This document shows, piece by piece, positions 1 through 8,445 of a stretch of 26,403 nucleotides of DNA. A program made the translations under genes and the position numbers. Under the pieces are notes generated by a model. The model saw nothing but the letters and a program-made list of their open reading frames with translations. It did no database searches and was not told the origin of the DNA. The stretch's first letter is position 1. The number at the start of each line of letters is the position of its first letter. Source of the stretch: a virus (lineage: Duplodnaviria > Caudoviricetes); IMG/VR virus record IMGVR_UViG_3300005805_000404, positions 1-26,403 of that record; one strand, written 5' to 3'.

Positions 1-1116
1 ATTATACCTACTTACTGCTTCTTCTTCTGTTTCTAAATTTTTAGCAGGTGGTGGTGTTGTTGCTTGTTGAGGATATCTATAATATCCTAAAAATCTACCA
101 TCAGTTCCATAATGAGGATACCAATTATTATCTTGAGTTTGTGTTTTAGGTGTTTCTGTTTGATATGTAATCTGACCTGTTTTAGAATCAATTACTGGAG
201 TAACATTTTGTGAAGGTGGTTTTGATATATTTGTTGAAGTATTAGGGGTTGCGGTATTTTTTAAAGTGTTAGTATTAGGATCTATTTTCGAACCTGTACC
301 AGATGGTTCAGTTCTTGGTGGTTGCAGTGTTATAGGTCTACCAGTTGATCCTCTAACATTAGGATTTGGTGGAGTTTGGGGCCGTACTTCAGGTTTACTA
401 GGTTCAATCATATCCTCAAGTCTAGGTTTTACTGGAATTCGTGCAGCAGGTTGTTGTGTAGTAGATTGTTGTGTAGTAGATTGTTGTGCAGTAGATTGTG
501 TAGTAGATTGTGCAGCAGGTTTTTGTCCTCTAATTACTATATCTTTTTTAACATTAGGAAAAATTAAATTTTTATCTCTTTGTAATATTACATCTACTAT
601 ATTATTTGAACGATTAGTATATGTAGCATTTCCATATTTATCATATGTTACTACTGGATTTTTATTTTCACCCAAAGTAATTCTACCAGTTCCTTTTTTA
701 TCATATGTTATTACTGGATTTATATTTTTTGGTGTAGGTTTTTGTGTAGGTATTGGTGTATAAGTAGTAGGTGGTGTAAGTTTTTGTGTAGATAAATTTT
801 TATATTCTTTTCCAATTGCTTGTGCTGTAGGATATAATTGTTCACCAGCAGCAAATGATCCTGCTACTTTTGCAACTTTACGAGTTTTACTAACATTTGC
901 TGCTTGCTTAGCAGCATTTGCTAATTTAGCAGCTTTCAGTCCTTTAGATGCAAGATTAAGAACAGGAACGAAATTAAGACCTGCTTGAACAGCAGATCCA
1001 ACTGCACCTTTAACATTACCTTCTCTAGCTTTTCTAACTGTATCTTTAATATCACCTGTAAAAAAAGTATCTACACCTTTTAAAGCTGCTCTTGCAACAT
1101 TATTAAAACTAGCCAC
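1..1116 (-). CDS. Probable internal virion/ejection protein, truncated by the window start (VASFNNVARAALKGVDTFFTGDIKDTVRKAREG...TEEEAVSRYN); not in the ORF track
   Basis: GTG at 1116-1114 preceded by GAGGTG and a late-promoter motif at 1143-1163. The frame translates without stops in the parts I checked, including the window edge. Ala/Lys-rich N-terminus and Pro/Thr/Gln-rich linkers; lies after the tail genes, where podoviruses place ejection proteins. Confidence 0.7.
   Translation of the reverse strand, partial: MASFNNVARAALKGVDTFFTGDIKDTVRKAREGNVKGAVGSAVQAGLNFVPVLNLASKGLKAAKLANAAKQAANVSKTRKVAKVAGSFAAGEQLYPTAQAIGKEYKNLSTQKLTPPTTYTPIPTQKPTPKNINPVITYDKKGTGRITLGENKNPVVTYDKYGNATYTNRSNNIVDVILQRDKNLIFPNVKKDIVIRGQKPAAQSTTQSTAQQSTTQQSTTQQPAARIPVKPRLEDMIEPSKPEVRPQTPPNPNVRGSTGRPITLQPPRTEPSGTGSKIDPNTNTLKNTATPNTSTNISKPPSQNVTPVIDSKTGQITYQTETPKTQTQDNNWYPHYGTDGRFLGYYRYPQQATTPPPAKNLETEEEAVSRYN
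441..520. repeat. Coding 15-bp tandem repeat (TTGTTGTGYAGTAGA x3 plus shortened copies) encoding ST(A/T)QQ units
   Basis: Units at 451-465, 466-480 and 481-495, a 12-bp copy at 496-507, flanked by GTGCAGCAGG at 441 and 510. Confidence 0.9.
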
Positions 1117-1142
1117 ATTTCACCTCATTCATAATGTCTCCT

Positions 1143-1163
1143 GTTATTACCAACTAATGGGGT
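1143..1163 (-). promoter_or_regulatory. Putative late promoter, copy 4 (ACCCCA-TTAGTTGG-TAATAAC)
   Basis: Matches the four-copy intergenic motif with identical spacing. Confidence 0.7.
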
Positions 1164-1164
1164 C

Positions 1165-2892
1165 TTAAAGCCCAGTTAGTTCGTACACCCTATCTTGTGC
1201 TGGTATTGCACCATTCTGATCTGTATTAGAAAAGTACATAAATCTTATTACTCCTGTAGCTACCTCTATAGGTATATCTGTCTTAATATCGTTAGCAGTA
1301 GACATGTTATCTGGTAGATCAGGATCATAATATATATAAGTAGAACTTACATAATTATATGCTGCAGTTGCTGGATAAAATCCAGGAGTTGCTGCACCTA
1401 GTGTTACATCATCTGCTACTCCATTTAATATTACTAGACCACTACTAGTATGCATATGACCTTGTAATGCATCTCTAGTAAATGTTAATGATGTATATGT
1501 ATTTGGTATATTAGTGTCATAATCAAATACAATACCTGTAGATTGTTCCCATAATGTCATATGCCATGTTGAAGTTGTTGTATTTTTATAAATGTAAGTT
1601 AAATCACCATTAGGTGTAAGTCTTATGTCTGTGCTATAATTACCTGATACAACAGGATTAAATGCAGCACTAGTAGATGTTGCTACTAAAGTAAAATTAC
1701 TATCATCGTTAGCATTTTTTAAATAAAAGAAAACATTTGAAGAGTGTTTTATTGCTGCTAAATAACCATGACCTGCAACTAAAATTGTTGCATAAGTTGA
1801 AGATACAGTAGTATCATCTATAGTTCCACCTGATGCAGTTGAAGGAACATCTGTTGCAGTCTTAACATATGTTAATGTTGTAGATGTTGGAGTTCCAGTA
1901 ATTGTATATGTACCATTAAAAGTTGCATCTACACCTGCTACTGTAATTTGCATACCTGATAATAATTGATGATCTGCTGCTGTAGTTAATGTTGCAACAT
2001 TTGAAGTTAATTGTTTATTAGTTACAGTTCTTATTTCTGGAGATACATTTAAATTACCTTTATCTACAGGAGCAGTATCTGTATCTGACATTCTCCAGAA
2101 ATTACTAGGTCCAGGTGATGTAGTAGTATAAGACCAAGTCCACATATTCTCAGTTAAATGATCAAATGCATTCCAGTCATTACCATTAGTTGCTAGAAAT
2201 GAACTCCAGACTACATCTCCAGGTCTTCTATAATGATAAGTACCATTAGTACTAGGTGTAGCAGCAGCCAATATAACTGTACCATTACCTTGCTGTATAT
2301 AAATATCTCTACCAAAACCAGAACCTAATGCTGTTGCAAATAAAGATGAGTTTACACTACTACTTCTAGTAAATGCATTAACTGTTGTATTACCATTTTT
2401 ACCAATTATAGTATCTGTACCAATACCAAAACTTCCAGCTATATCATGTGTTACTCCATATCCTGTAACTATAGTACTTACACCTTGTGTGGTTAAATCA
2501 AATGTTAAATCTGGTTGAGTAACTATTGGGAAGTTAGGACTTAATGCAGCAGCTGCAGGTAGAGGAACAGGTGTGATTGTTCCACTTCTCTCTGATATAC
2601 CAATAGCATAATATAAATCATCTATCTCTATAATAATAACTTCATCATTAGGAGTTAAAGAAGAAGGAGTTGTATTTAAAAATTCTAATATCTGACCATC
2701 TTCTGTAGTTCCTGAACCTAAACCATTTGCAGGATTATAAGTTGTTACTGTTAGTAATTGAGTAAATCCACCACCAAGATCACCTAAATCAGCTTTAGGT
2801 AAATTATCTAATTCTCTTTTAATAGCCTTAGGACCTTTATATCTACTTGGTCCATATCCAATAGTTATTTGATCTCTACGCATCGCTTCCAT
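1165..2892 (-). CDS. Tail fibre/spike-like virion protein (575 aa) with an inserted beta-rich module
   Basis: Thr/Ser/Gly-rich, beta-strand-like sequence directly after the tail nozzle-like gene, whose end it overlaps. Module VTNKQLTSNVATLT...GVDATFNGT at ~1819-2031. Confidence 0.65.
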   Translation of the reverse strand: MEAMRRDQITIGYGPSRYKGPKAIKRELDNLPKADLGDLGGGFTQLLTVTTYNPANGLGSGTTEDGQILEFLNTTPSSLTPNDEVIIIEIDDLYYAIGISERSGTITPVPLPAAAALSPNFPIVTQPDLTFDLTTQGVSTIVTGYGVTHDIAGSFGIGTDTIIGKNGNTTVNAFTRSSSVNSSLFATALGSGFGRDIYIQQGNGTVILAAATPSTNGTYHYRRPGDVVWSSFLATNGNDWNAFDHLTENMWTWSYTTTSPGPSNFWRMSDTDTAPVDKGNLNVSPEIRTVTNKQLTSNVATLTTAADHQLLSGMQITVAGVDATFNGTYTITGTPTSTTLTYVKTATDVPSTASGGTIDDTTVSSTYATILVAGHGYLAAIKHSSNVFFYLKNANDDSNFTLVATSTSAAFNPVVSGNYSTDIRLTPNGDLTYIYKNTTTSTWHMTLWEQSTGIVFDYDTNIPNTYTSLTFTRDALQGHMHTSSGLVILNGVADDVTLGAATPGFYPATAAYNYVSSTYIYYDPDLPDNMSTANDIKTDIPIEVATGVIRFMYFSNTDQNGAIPAQDRVYELTGL

Positions 2893-5074
2893 CTCCTGGT
2901 CTGCTTGGCTTCATTCCTACTGACCAGAATGTAGCTGATTCAATTTGTAAGTCACCTCTGAATGTAGCTTCTGCAGATATTTCTACAGATGAACCTATAC
3001 CTGCTGGTATAACAAATTCATCTCTATCAACTAGATTTCTATTTATAGTTTTAGTATATGTAAATACAGATGTATCTAAGTTAGGTCCAGCTTTAATAGT
3101 TACAGTTCTAACTTGTGCTGTAGATCTTCCTCTAGTTCTCATACCATATCTAAACCAACTTACTTTCTTATGTTGTTCTGAGTTACCTAATGTAGCAGTT
3201 CCTACAGTGCAATCTAATTGAACATTATCAAATGTTGCTCTCTCTGTATCTGCTTGATTATCTCTAGCTACACAGAATCTATAAACTCTATTATCCATTA
3301 CAAAGTATAAACTACCTGCAACTTTCTTAAAACTTTTAGGTGCTATTTCATATGAAGGAAATACTAACTCAGTCCATGCAGCTACTGCTGATTGACCTTT
3401 AATACCTTCCATTAAATTTAATACAAAATATCTATTAGCTCTTCTCATAACTAAATATTTACCAATAGCAGAAATCTCATCATTTACTGTAGTTCTATCA
3501 GGAGTTACTGGACCTATTCTATCTAATCTATCTACTTGTATACCATCTGTATACCACACTCCACCTAATCTATCTAGGAATACTACTATACCAGAATCAG
3601 GCCATACACATGATGGTGTTCTAGTTCCTGTTGCTGATATATCTCTAAATGGTCCAAGACCACCTCTAGTAACATTTATATCTAATACATCATTACCTTC
3701 TTGAAGATCTATAAATGTAGGATTACCATTAAATACTCTTATACCATCTGACTCAGTATTAGGTGATGATATTGTTACTAAAGTATTATCTAATACATGC
3801 ATTCCTAATATTTGTGATTCTGCTGAACCAGCTAATAATATAGATTGTTCATGATAACTATCTGGTACTTCTTCAGAGAAGAAGAATTCATTTGGATTTC
3901 TTTGTATATTATTTACTACTGCAGTACCTGTATCTGCTGTACTTGTAATATCTGATCCTGATTTAGTATATGTAAATGTAGTTGCACCAGTAACAGTAAT
4001 AGTAAATGAACCATTAAGAGTTGTATTAGTTACTGCTGTTATAGTTGCACTATCACCTGTTTTAAAGTTATGATCTGCTGATGTAGTTATAGTAACAGTA
4101 TTACTAGTTCTAGCTACATTTGAGATATTCTTTGTATTAACCCAGTTTACTAATGAATTTCTTCTAACTAATATATCTCCAAGTACTAATCTATTTTTCC
4201 ATATACATCCTACATTTGCTTTAGGCATAACATTACGCATTGCTAATGCATATGAACCTAAGAATACACCTACACGAATCAAGCTACTACCTCCAGTTGC
4301 TTGTACTTGTAGTTGATCTCCTGAACCTAATGCTGAAGTATGTGTATATGAATCTAATGGTTGAATAGTTGTTATAGTTGCACCTGTATTAATTCTTACA
4401 TCTACTGGATATTTACCATCGTTAGCAATAGTCCATGCTGTGTTTACTCCTGTGAATGTAGTAACTATACTCCATGTAGTTGTTGCTGTAAATGTTTTAG
4501 CATCATTTTGATTTAAAGTTTCTCCAACTAATGGTTTAATTAAATTAGGTTGATCTACTGGTTGATATCTATTCCATGTCTTAATAGCTAATGAATTAGT
4601 TAAATCATTTTCATATATAGCAAATGGTGATGTTGATCCTGAAGTTGTATTTATTAATAATGCATTAACTTCTCCTATATAATTATTTGCATCATCTTCT
4701 ATTGATAAAGGTATTTCACATATAAATCTATAATCTGTATTTGCTGTTATTGAAGATTGTAAAGTCCATGATACTACATTTGCTACTGTATAATTAGCTG
4801 TATCTGATGGAGCTATTGCTGTATATATTTCACCATTATTTGTTATAGCAACTAAATAAGAGTTTGAAGAACCTGTAAATCCACTAATAGATTTTACTCC
4901 ACCTGTTATAGCATTAGATGCACCAATACTTTGTGCAGCCCATTGTGTTCTTAATGTTTGATCTGAATCCATGACAAAGCCTTTTAATCTAGACCATTGT
5001 CTATTTGAAAAGTTATCTATAGAAAATTGTTCATTTATACCACCACTAAAATCACTTATAGTTAATGTATCCAT
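2876..5074 (-). CDS. Podovirus tail nozzle/stabilisation protein (T7 gp12/P22 gp10-like, 732 aa)
   Basis: N-terminal 'TISDFSGGIN', 'WKNRLVLG' and 'FFFSE...PDSY' motifs typical of these beta-propeller proteins; size and position after the adaptor fit. Confidence 0.7.
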   Translation of the reverse strand: MDTLTISDFSGGINEQFSIDNFSNRQWSRLKGFVMDSDQTLRTQWAAQSIGASNAITGGVKSISGFTGSSNSYLVAITNNGEIYTAIAPSDTANYTVANVVSWTLQSSITANTDYRFICEIPLSIEDDANNYIGEVNALLINTTSGSTSPFAIYENDLTNSLAIKTWNRYQPVDQPNLIKPLVGETLNQNDAKTFTATTTWSIVTTFTGVNTAWTIANDGKYPVDVRINTGATITTIQPLDSYTHTSALGSGDQLQVQATGGSSLIRVGVFLGSYALAMRNVMPKANVGCIWKNRLVLGDILVRRNSLVNWVNTKNISNVARTSNTVTITTSADHNFKTGDSATITAVTNTTLNGSFTITVTGATTFTYTKSGSDITSTADTGTAVVNNIQRNPNEFFFSEEVPDSYHEQSILLAGSAESQILGMHVLDNTLVTISSPNTESDGIRVFNGNPTFIDLQEGNDVLDINVTRGGLGPFRDISATGTRTPSCVWPDSGIVVFLDRLGGVWYTDGIQVDRLDRIGPVTPDRTTVNDEISAIGKYLVMRRANRYFVLNLMEGIKGQSAVAAWTELVFPSYEIAPKSFKKVAGSLYFVMDNRVYRFCVARDNQADTERATFDNVQLDCTVGTATLGNSEQHKKVSWFRYGMRTRGRSTAQVRTVTIKAGPNLDTSVFTYTKTINRNLVDRDEFVIPAGIGSSVEISAEATFRGDLQIESATFWSVGMKPSRPGDGSDA

Positions 5075-5746
5075 TTATGAACTCCTAAATCTCAGATTAA
5101 CTGTTCCTGCCGTTCTCCCATCAACTCTTAGGATTTCCCCACCTATCTGTATAGGTCCAAGATCATGATCAACAACTAAGTCTGCTTTCATGTTTTCTAG
5201 TAATGATCCATATTCTGATGCATAGAACTGTGCTCTATTAGTGTCATCAGATTGTGAGTATAAAACTTTTATTGCAGTTCTATAAGCAATTATATTTGCA
5301 TACTCTGAAGGAAGTTCTGTTGCATTAGCTCCTGATGGATCTATGAGAGGTGCAGCTTTAATATAATTAACTTTATAAGTCATTTGTTCTCCAAATGCTT
5401 TTGATAAAACTATTTGATTAGATGAGTTGCAGTCATAAAAATATTCATCGTCACCTTCAACTGTCTGTATTAATCCTCTTCTTGAAGGTATCTGTAACAC
5501 TAATCCATTAGGATATGTTACTGCAAATTCTTTTATTTTACCTGATGGGCTGGATAATGTTATTGTTGTTACATTAGCTGCTAAAGTTCCTGTTACTATA
5601 TTTACCATCCATGGCCAGTCATCTGCTCTATTTACTTCTGTATATGACTCTTGTATCCATCTATCTAATAATGCATCTGATAATAAGTCAGTAGAATATA
5701 CTCCTGTTAAATCTCTGACATAACTTCTTAGTGTGGTTAAATTCAT
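5075..5746 (-). CDS. Head-tail adaptor protein (223 aa)
   Basis: 'MNLTTLRSYVRDL...LLDRWIQESY...DWPW' and 'ELPSEYANIIAYRTA' fit the podovirus adaptor pattern; follows the major capsid gene. Confidence 0.75.
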   Translation of the reverse strand: MNLTTLRSYVRDLTGVYSTDLLSDALLDRWIQESYTEVNRADDWPWMVNIVTGTLAANVTTITLSSPSGKIKEFAVTYPNGLVLQIPSRRGLIQTVEGDDEYFYDCNSSNQIVLSKAFGEQMTYKVNYIKAAPLIDPSGANATELPSEYANIIAYRTAIKVLYSQSDDTNRAQFYASEYGSLLENMKADLVVDHDLGPIQIGGEILRVDGRTAGTVNLRFRSS

Positions 5747-5761
5747 TCTTTCTACCTCTCT

Positions 5762-5782
5762 ACTATCTTAAAGTCCTGGGGT
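5762..5782 (-). promoter_or_regulatory. Putative late promoter, copy 3 (ACCCCA-GGACTTTA-AGATAGT)
   Basis: Same motif and spacing, immediately after the capsid terminator and before the adaptor RBS. Confidence 0.7.
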
Positions 5783-5783
5783 T

Positions 5784-5824
5784 AAAAGGTAATGCCCACT
5801 ACCTTTTACAATAGTGGGCTCACC
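5784..5824 (-). terminator. Rho-independent terminator after the major capsid gene
   Basis: Minus strand GGTGA-GCCCACTAT-TGTAAAAG-GTAGTGGGC-ATTACC-TTTT: a GC-rich hairpin followed by a short U tract. Confidence 0.75.
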
Positions 5825-5837
5825 TTAGTTATTCATA

Positions 5838-7034
5838 TCAGGTACGAATAAGTTTTCCATGAGCTCTACGCTCAGAAGTACCAACGCTTAATGTTGAAGC
5901 GATTGGAACGACCTCATCCAGTGTACCTTGAATACGGTCTGCTGGGTAGGTCTTCATAAACTCGCCTGCAAGGTATGCAAAGCGGAGTGCTGGTGCATGT
6001 ATGAAGTATGCTTCAGCTACTGGAGCATCTGGATCCATACGAACTACTATTCCGTCAAAACTAATTTCACGGAAACGAGTCTCTGCTTTATTTACATTAC
6101 TAAAGTCATAACGACCTTTGTCTTGTAGGTAAGCTTCGAACTCTTCATATACATCAATACCTGCAATGATGTGTGTTGGTCTCTTGCGACTTGCGACATA
6201 GATAGCGTTAACCATCTCACGGAATGCTACAAGAATATCCTTTGAAGCTTTAGCAATAGTTTTTTCAGTTGCTCTCCAGAAATCTTTGATATCTGAACAT
6301 ACAACAGAACCTGTTGCTGAAGTTGAAGCTACATCTGATGCTGTCTTAGCATAAGATATAGTAGTTGCTGCTACTGCAGTTAATGTGAATGTACCATTAA
6401 ATGTAGCGTCTACACCTGAAACTACAACTTCGTCACCAACGATATAATCGTGAGCTCCTACTGTAAGTGTAGCCACATTTGATGTAAGTGCTTTATTTGT
6501 TACTGATTTGGTAGAAACTCCACCACGAATTCCACCTACTGGTTTAGCAGTGGTTGTTGAAGTTTTATCAGATGAACGAATTAACTCACGAAGTGAGAGA
6601 ATGTCACCTGTAGATGAAGATGCAGCCCATAGTTCAGCGATTAAGAAATCCTGATGGTCTGCTGTTGCACCTTTGACATATTCCTCTACAAGATTAACAA
6701 CTTGCTCTGGGCCAGTGTTCTGTAGTATATCTGAGTGCTTAACACGAAATGGTGTTAATACGGTATTTGACCAGTCATATACAGCAGCTCCGATAGTATC
6801 TGCTGAGACTGCGGTGGAATATCCACCAGATCCTGATGCGGTGTCATATGCGGTTGAACCTAAGTTCGCTGCACGCAATGGAATGACTAGACCACGACCA
6901 GTTTGTGATTTAGACTCTTTCTTGAAGAGTTCTAGTGTTGGGTGCGTTAACAAAATGTTATCTGCAAGAACTTTCTCATACTTCTGTAGAGTGGTTGCAA
7001 ATAGTTGAGTAAACGCTGCGTTTCCGAGGGCCAT
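5838..7034 (-). CDS. Major capsid protein (398 aa) carrying a ~70-aa inserted domain
   Basis: 'LFATTLQKYEKVLADNI..HP', 'VGGI...FWR', 'F.EISFDGIVV.MD', and C-terminal 'L..SERRAHGKL'. Follows the scaffold gene, has a strong RBS (AAGGAAGG) and is followed by a terminator. Confidence 0.9.
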   Translation of the reverse strand: MALGNAAFTQLFATTLQKYEKVLADNILLTHPTLELFKKESKSQTGRGLVIPLRAANLGSTAYDTASGSGGYSTAVSADTIGAAVYDWSNTVLTPFRVKHSDILQNTGPEQVVNLVEEYVKGATADHQDFLIAELWAASSSTGDILSLRELIRSSDKTSTTTAKPVGGIRGGVSTKSVTNKALTSNVATLTVGAHDYIVGDEVVVSGVDATFNGTFTLTAVAATTISYAKTASDVASTSATGSVVCSDIKDFWRATEKTIAKASKDILVAFREMVNAIYVASRKRPTHIIAGIDVYEEFEAYLQDKGRYDFSNVNKAETRFREISFDGIVVRMDPDAPVAEAYFIHAPALRFAYLAGEFMKTYPADRIQGTLDEVVPIASTLSVGTSERRAHGKLIRT

Positions 7035-7077
7035 GTGTTTACCTTCCTTTTTTTAGTAATTTAAGGGCCAGAGAGAT

Positions 7078-8073
7078 TTAAAAATCTATTTCCTTCATTG
7101 TATCTTGGATGAGTGATCTTAGATCTTTAGGATTGTTTACTTTCGATACATTGGATCCGCCAACGCTCTTCCGTGAAACCACCTTTGTTGCTTGTTTCTT
7201 AGGGTTTGCAACTCTACCCTTTGTCCTGCTATTTTCATACATCATAGCAGCGTAGGCCTTTTTAAGATCTAGAATACCATTTTCATTTGCATACTTTAAT
7301 ACAGATACTTTAAATTCCTGTCTATCTCTAGCTGTTGGTAAATCTATTCCTTCAGTTTTAATAATATCAGTTATTTGATTATCGTACATTTGTATTGCAT
7401 CTTGAACTTTTGATTCATAAATCTTATCTACTTCTTGCTCTTGACGAAGTCTCTCAAATTCTTCTTTCTCTGCAAGTTGTTTTCTAAGCCTTTCCATTTC
7501 TGTTTCTTGTGTCCATACTTTCTTTGTCTCCGTATCAATACCAAAGTATTGAAGTGCTTCAGGAGTTAACAGATCATTTGCTGCTGCCTCTTTGATTACT
7601 AATCCGAGGAAGTAGGATGGATTATCTGTTGAGCCTAGTAGGTTTGTAAGAACTGATACTGGATTTGTTTCCCATGCAGTGTCTAGTGTAGACAACTGTT
7701 CTAGGGTTTCTTGATATTGAGAAATTTCTTGCTGGAATGCTTCTTTCTCTTCCTTAAGAAGTTGCATAGATTTGGTATAATGAGCCTGCCGTGAGTATCC
7801 TGACTTTAATTCATCTAAAGTAACTTCATACTCTTCTCCGTCTACCTTAACGATATAATTATTAGGGTCAGACTCTTCGCTTTCATCGACTTCAGTTTCA
7901 TCAGATGTTTCAAGATTTTCATCTTCCTCATCTTCTGAGGTCTCTTCTGTAGATTCTAAGTCTACTAGATCTTCATCTGTTTCTTCTGTGACTTCAACTG
8001 CAGTATCCTCTTCGGGTGCAATTTCTTTCATTGCTTCGTTGATTGCTTCTTCTATTGTTATTGCATTTTCCAT
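7078..8073 (-). CDS. Capsid scaffolding protein (331 aa)
   Basis: Acidic N-terminus, hallmark 'VKVDGEEYEVTLDELKSGYSRQAHYTKSMQ', coiled-coil regions; directly upstream of the capsid gene. Confidence 0.88.
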   Translation of the reverse strand: MENAITIEEAINEAMKEIAPEEDTAVEVTEETDEDLVDLESTEETSEDEEDENLETSDETEVDESEESDPNNYIVKVDGEEYEVTLDELKSGYSRQAHYTKSMQLLKEEKEAFQQEISQYQETLEQLSTLDTAWETNPVSVLTNLLGSTDNPSYFLGLVIKEAAANDLLTPEALQYFGIDTETKKVWTQETEMERLRKQLAEKEEFERLRQEQEVDKIYESKVQDAIQMYDNQITDIIKTEGIDLPTARDRQEFKVSVLKYANENGILDLKKAYAAMMYENSRTKGRVANPKKQATKVVSRKSVGGSNVSKVNNPKDLRSLIQDTMKEIDF

Positions 8074-8080
8074 ATTATTT

Positions 8081-8170
8081 CTCCTCTCGAGTGGTCCCTT
8101 TGAGAGTGTCGATGGCCTCGATTCTCATATTACCTTGTTCGAATATTAGTTTACAGGGGAATATACCCCT
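8081..8170 (-). promoter_or_regulatory. Structured 5' leader of the scaffold-capsid operon
   Basis: Minus-strand hairpin AGGGG-TATATT-CCCCT, then nested stems TTCGA/TCGAG, GGT/ACC, TGAGA/TCTCA and TCGA/TCGA abutting the RBS GAGGAG. Confidence 0.5.
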
Positions 8171-8172
8171 TC

Positions 8173-8193
8173 ACTATTAGTTAGTGTTGGGGT
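8173..8193 (-). promoter_or_regulatory. Putative late promoter, copy 2 (ACCCCA-ACACTAAC-TAATAGT)
   Basis: Four-copy motif; intergenic, upstream of scaffold and capsid genes. Confidence 0.75.
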
Positions 8194-8207
8194 GTTTTAA
8201 TTATGTA

Positions 8208-8432
8208 TTAATATTTATCTTCTGATTCGTCTTCTTCAGACTCTTCTTCATCTTTTTCATAAGAATCAGATTTATCTTCAGAGTGCATATCTTCACACTT
8301 GACACATGGCATGCCACAGCATGGGCATTTACATTCTTTCTTATCTTCATAGGATTCATCACCTTTTGGTTTTCCTCCCATAACGATCATTATGTCTAGT
8401 GCTTTCTTTTTTGCTTCTCTATCTGGCATCAT
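8208..8432 (-). CDS. Small acidic Cys-cluster protein (74 aa, MMPDREAKKK...CKCPCCGMPCVKC)
   Basis: Start moved to the ATG at 8432, after the AAGGAG RBS and the portal stop; the longer track ORF overlaps the portal gene. Confidence 0.7.
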   Translation of the reverse strand: MMPDREAKKKALDIMIVMGGKPKGDESYEDKKECKCPCCGMPCVKCEDMHSEDKSDSYEKDEEESEEDESEDKY

Positions 8433-8445
8433 ATTATCATCTCCT

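Noticed and set aside
451-507. Repeat array as a possible CRISPR
   Set aside because: Head-to-tail 15-bp units with no spacers, and coding.
266-763. Plus-strand ORFs 266-763 and 376-567 with Cys-rich repeats (CCVVD, SRLLC)
   Set aside because: Antisense shadows of the 15-bp repeat in the minus-strand gene 1116 to <1; no RBS.
6300-6512. Capsid insertion as an intein, or the three module copies as DGR template/variable repeats
   Set aside because: No C/S...HN intein termini; the differences are not adenine-specific and no reverse transcriptase is present in the window.
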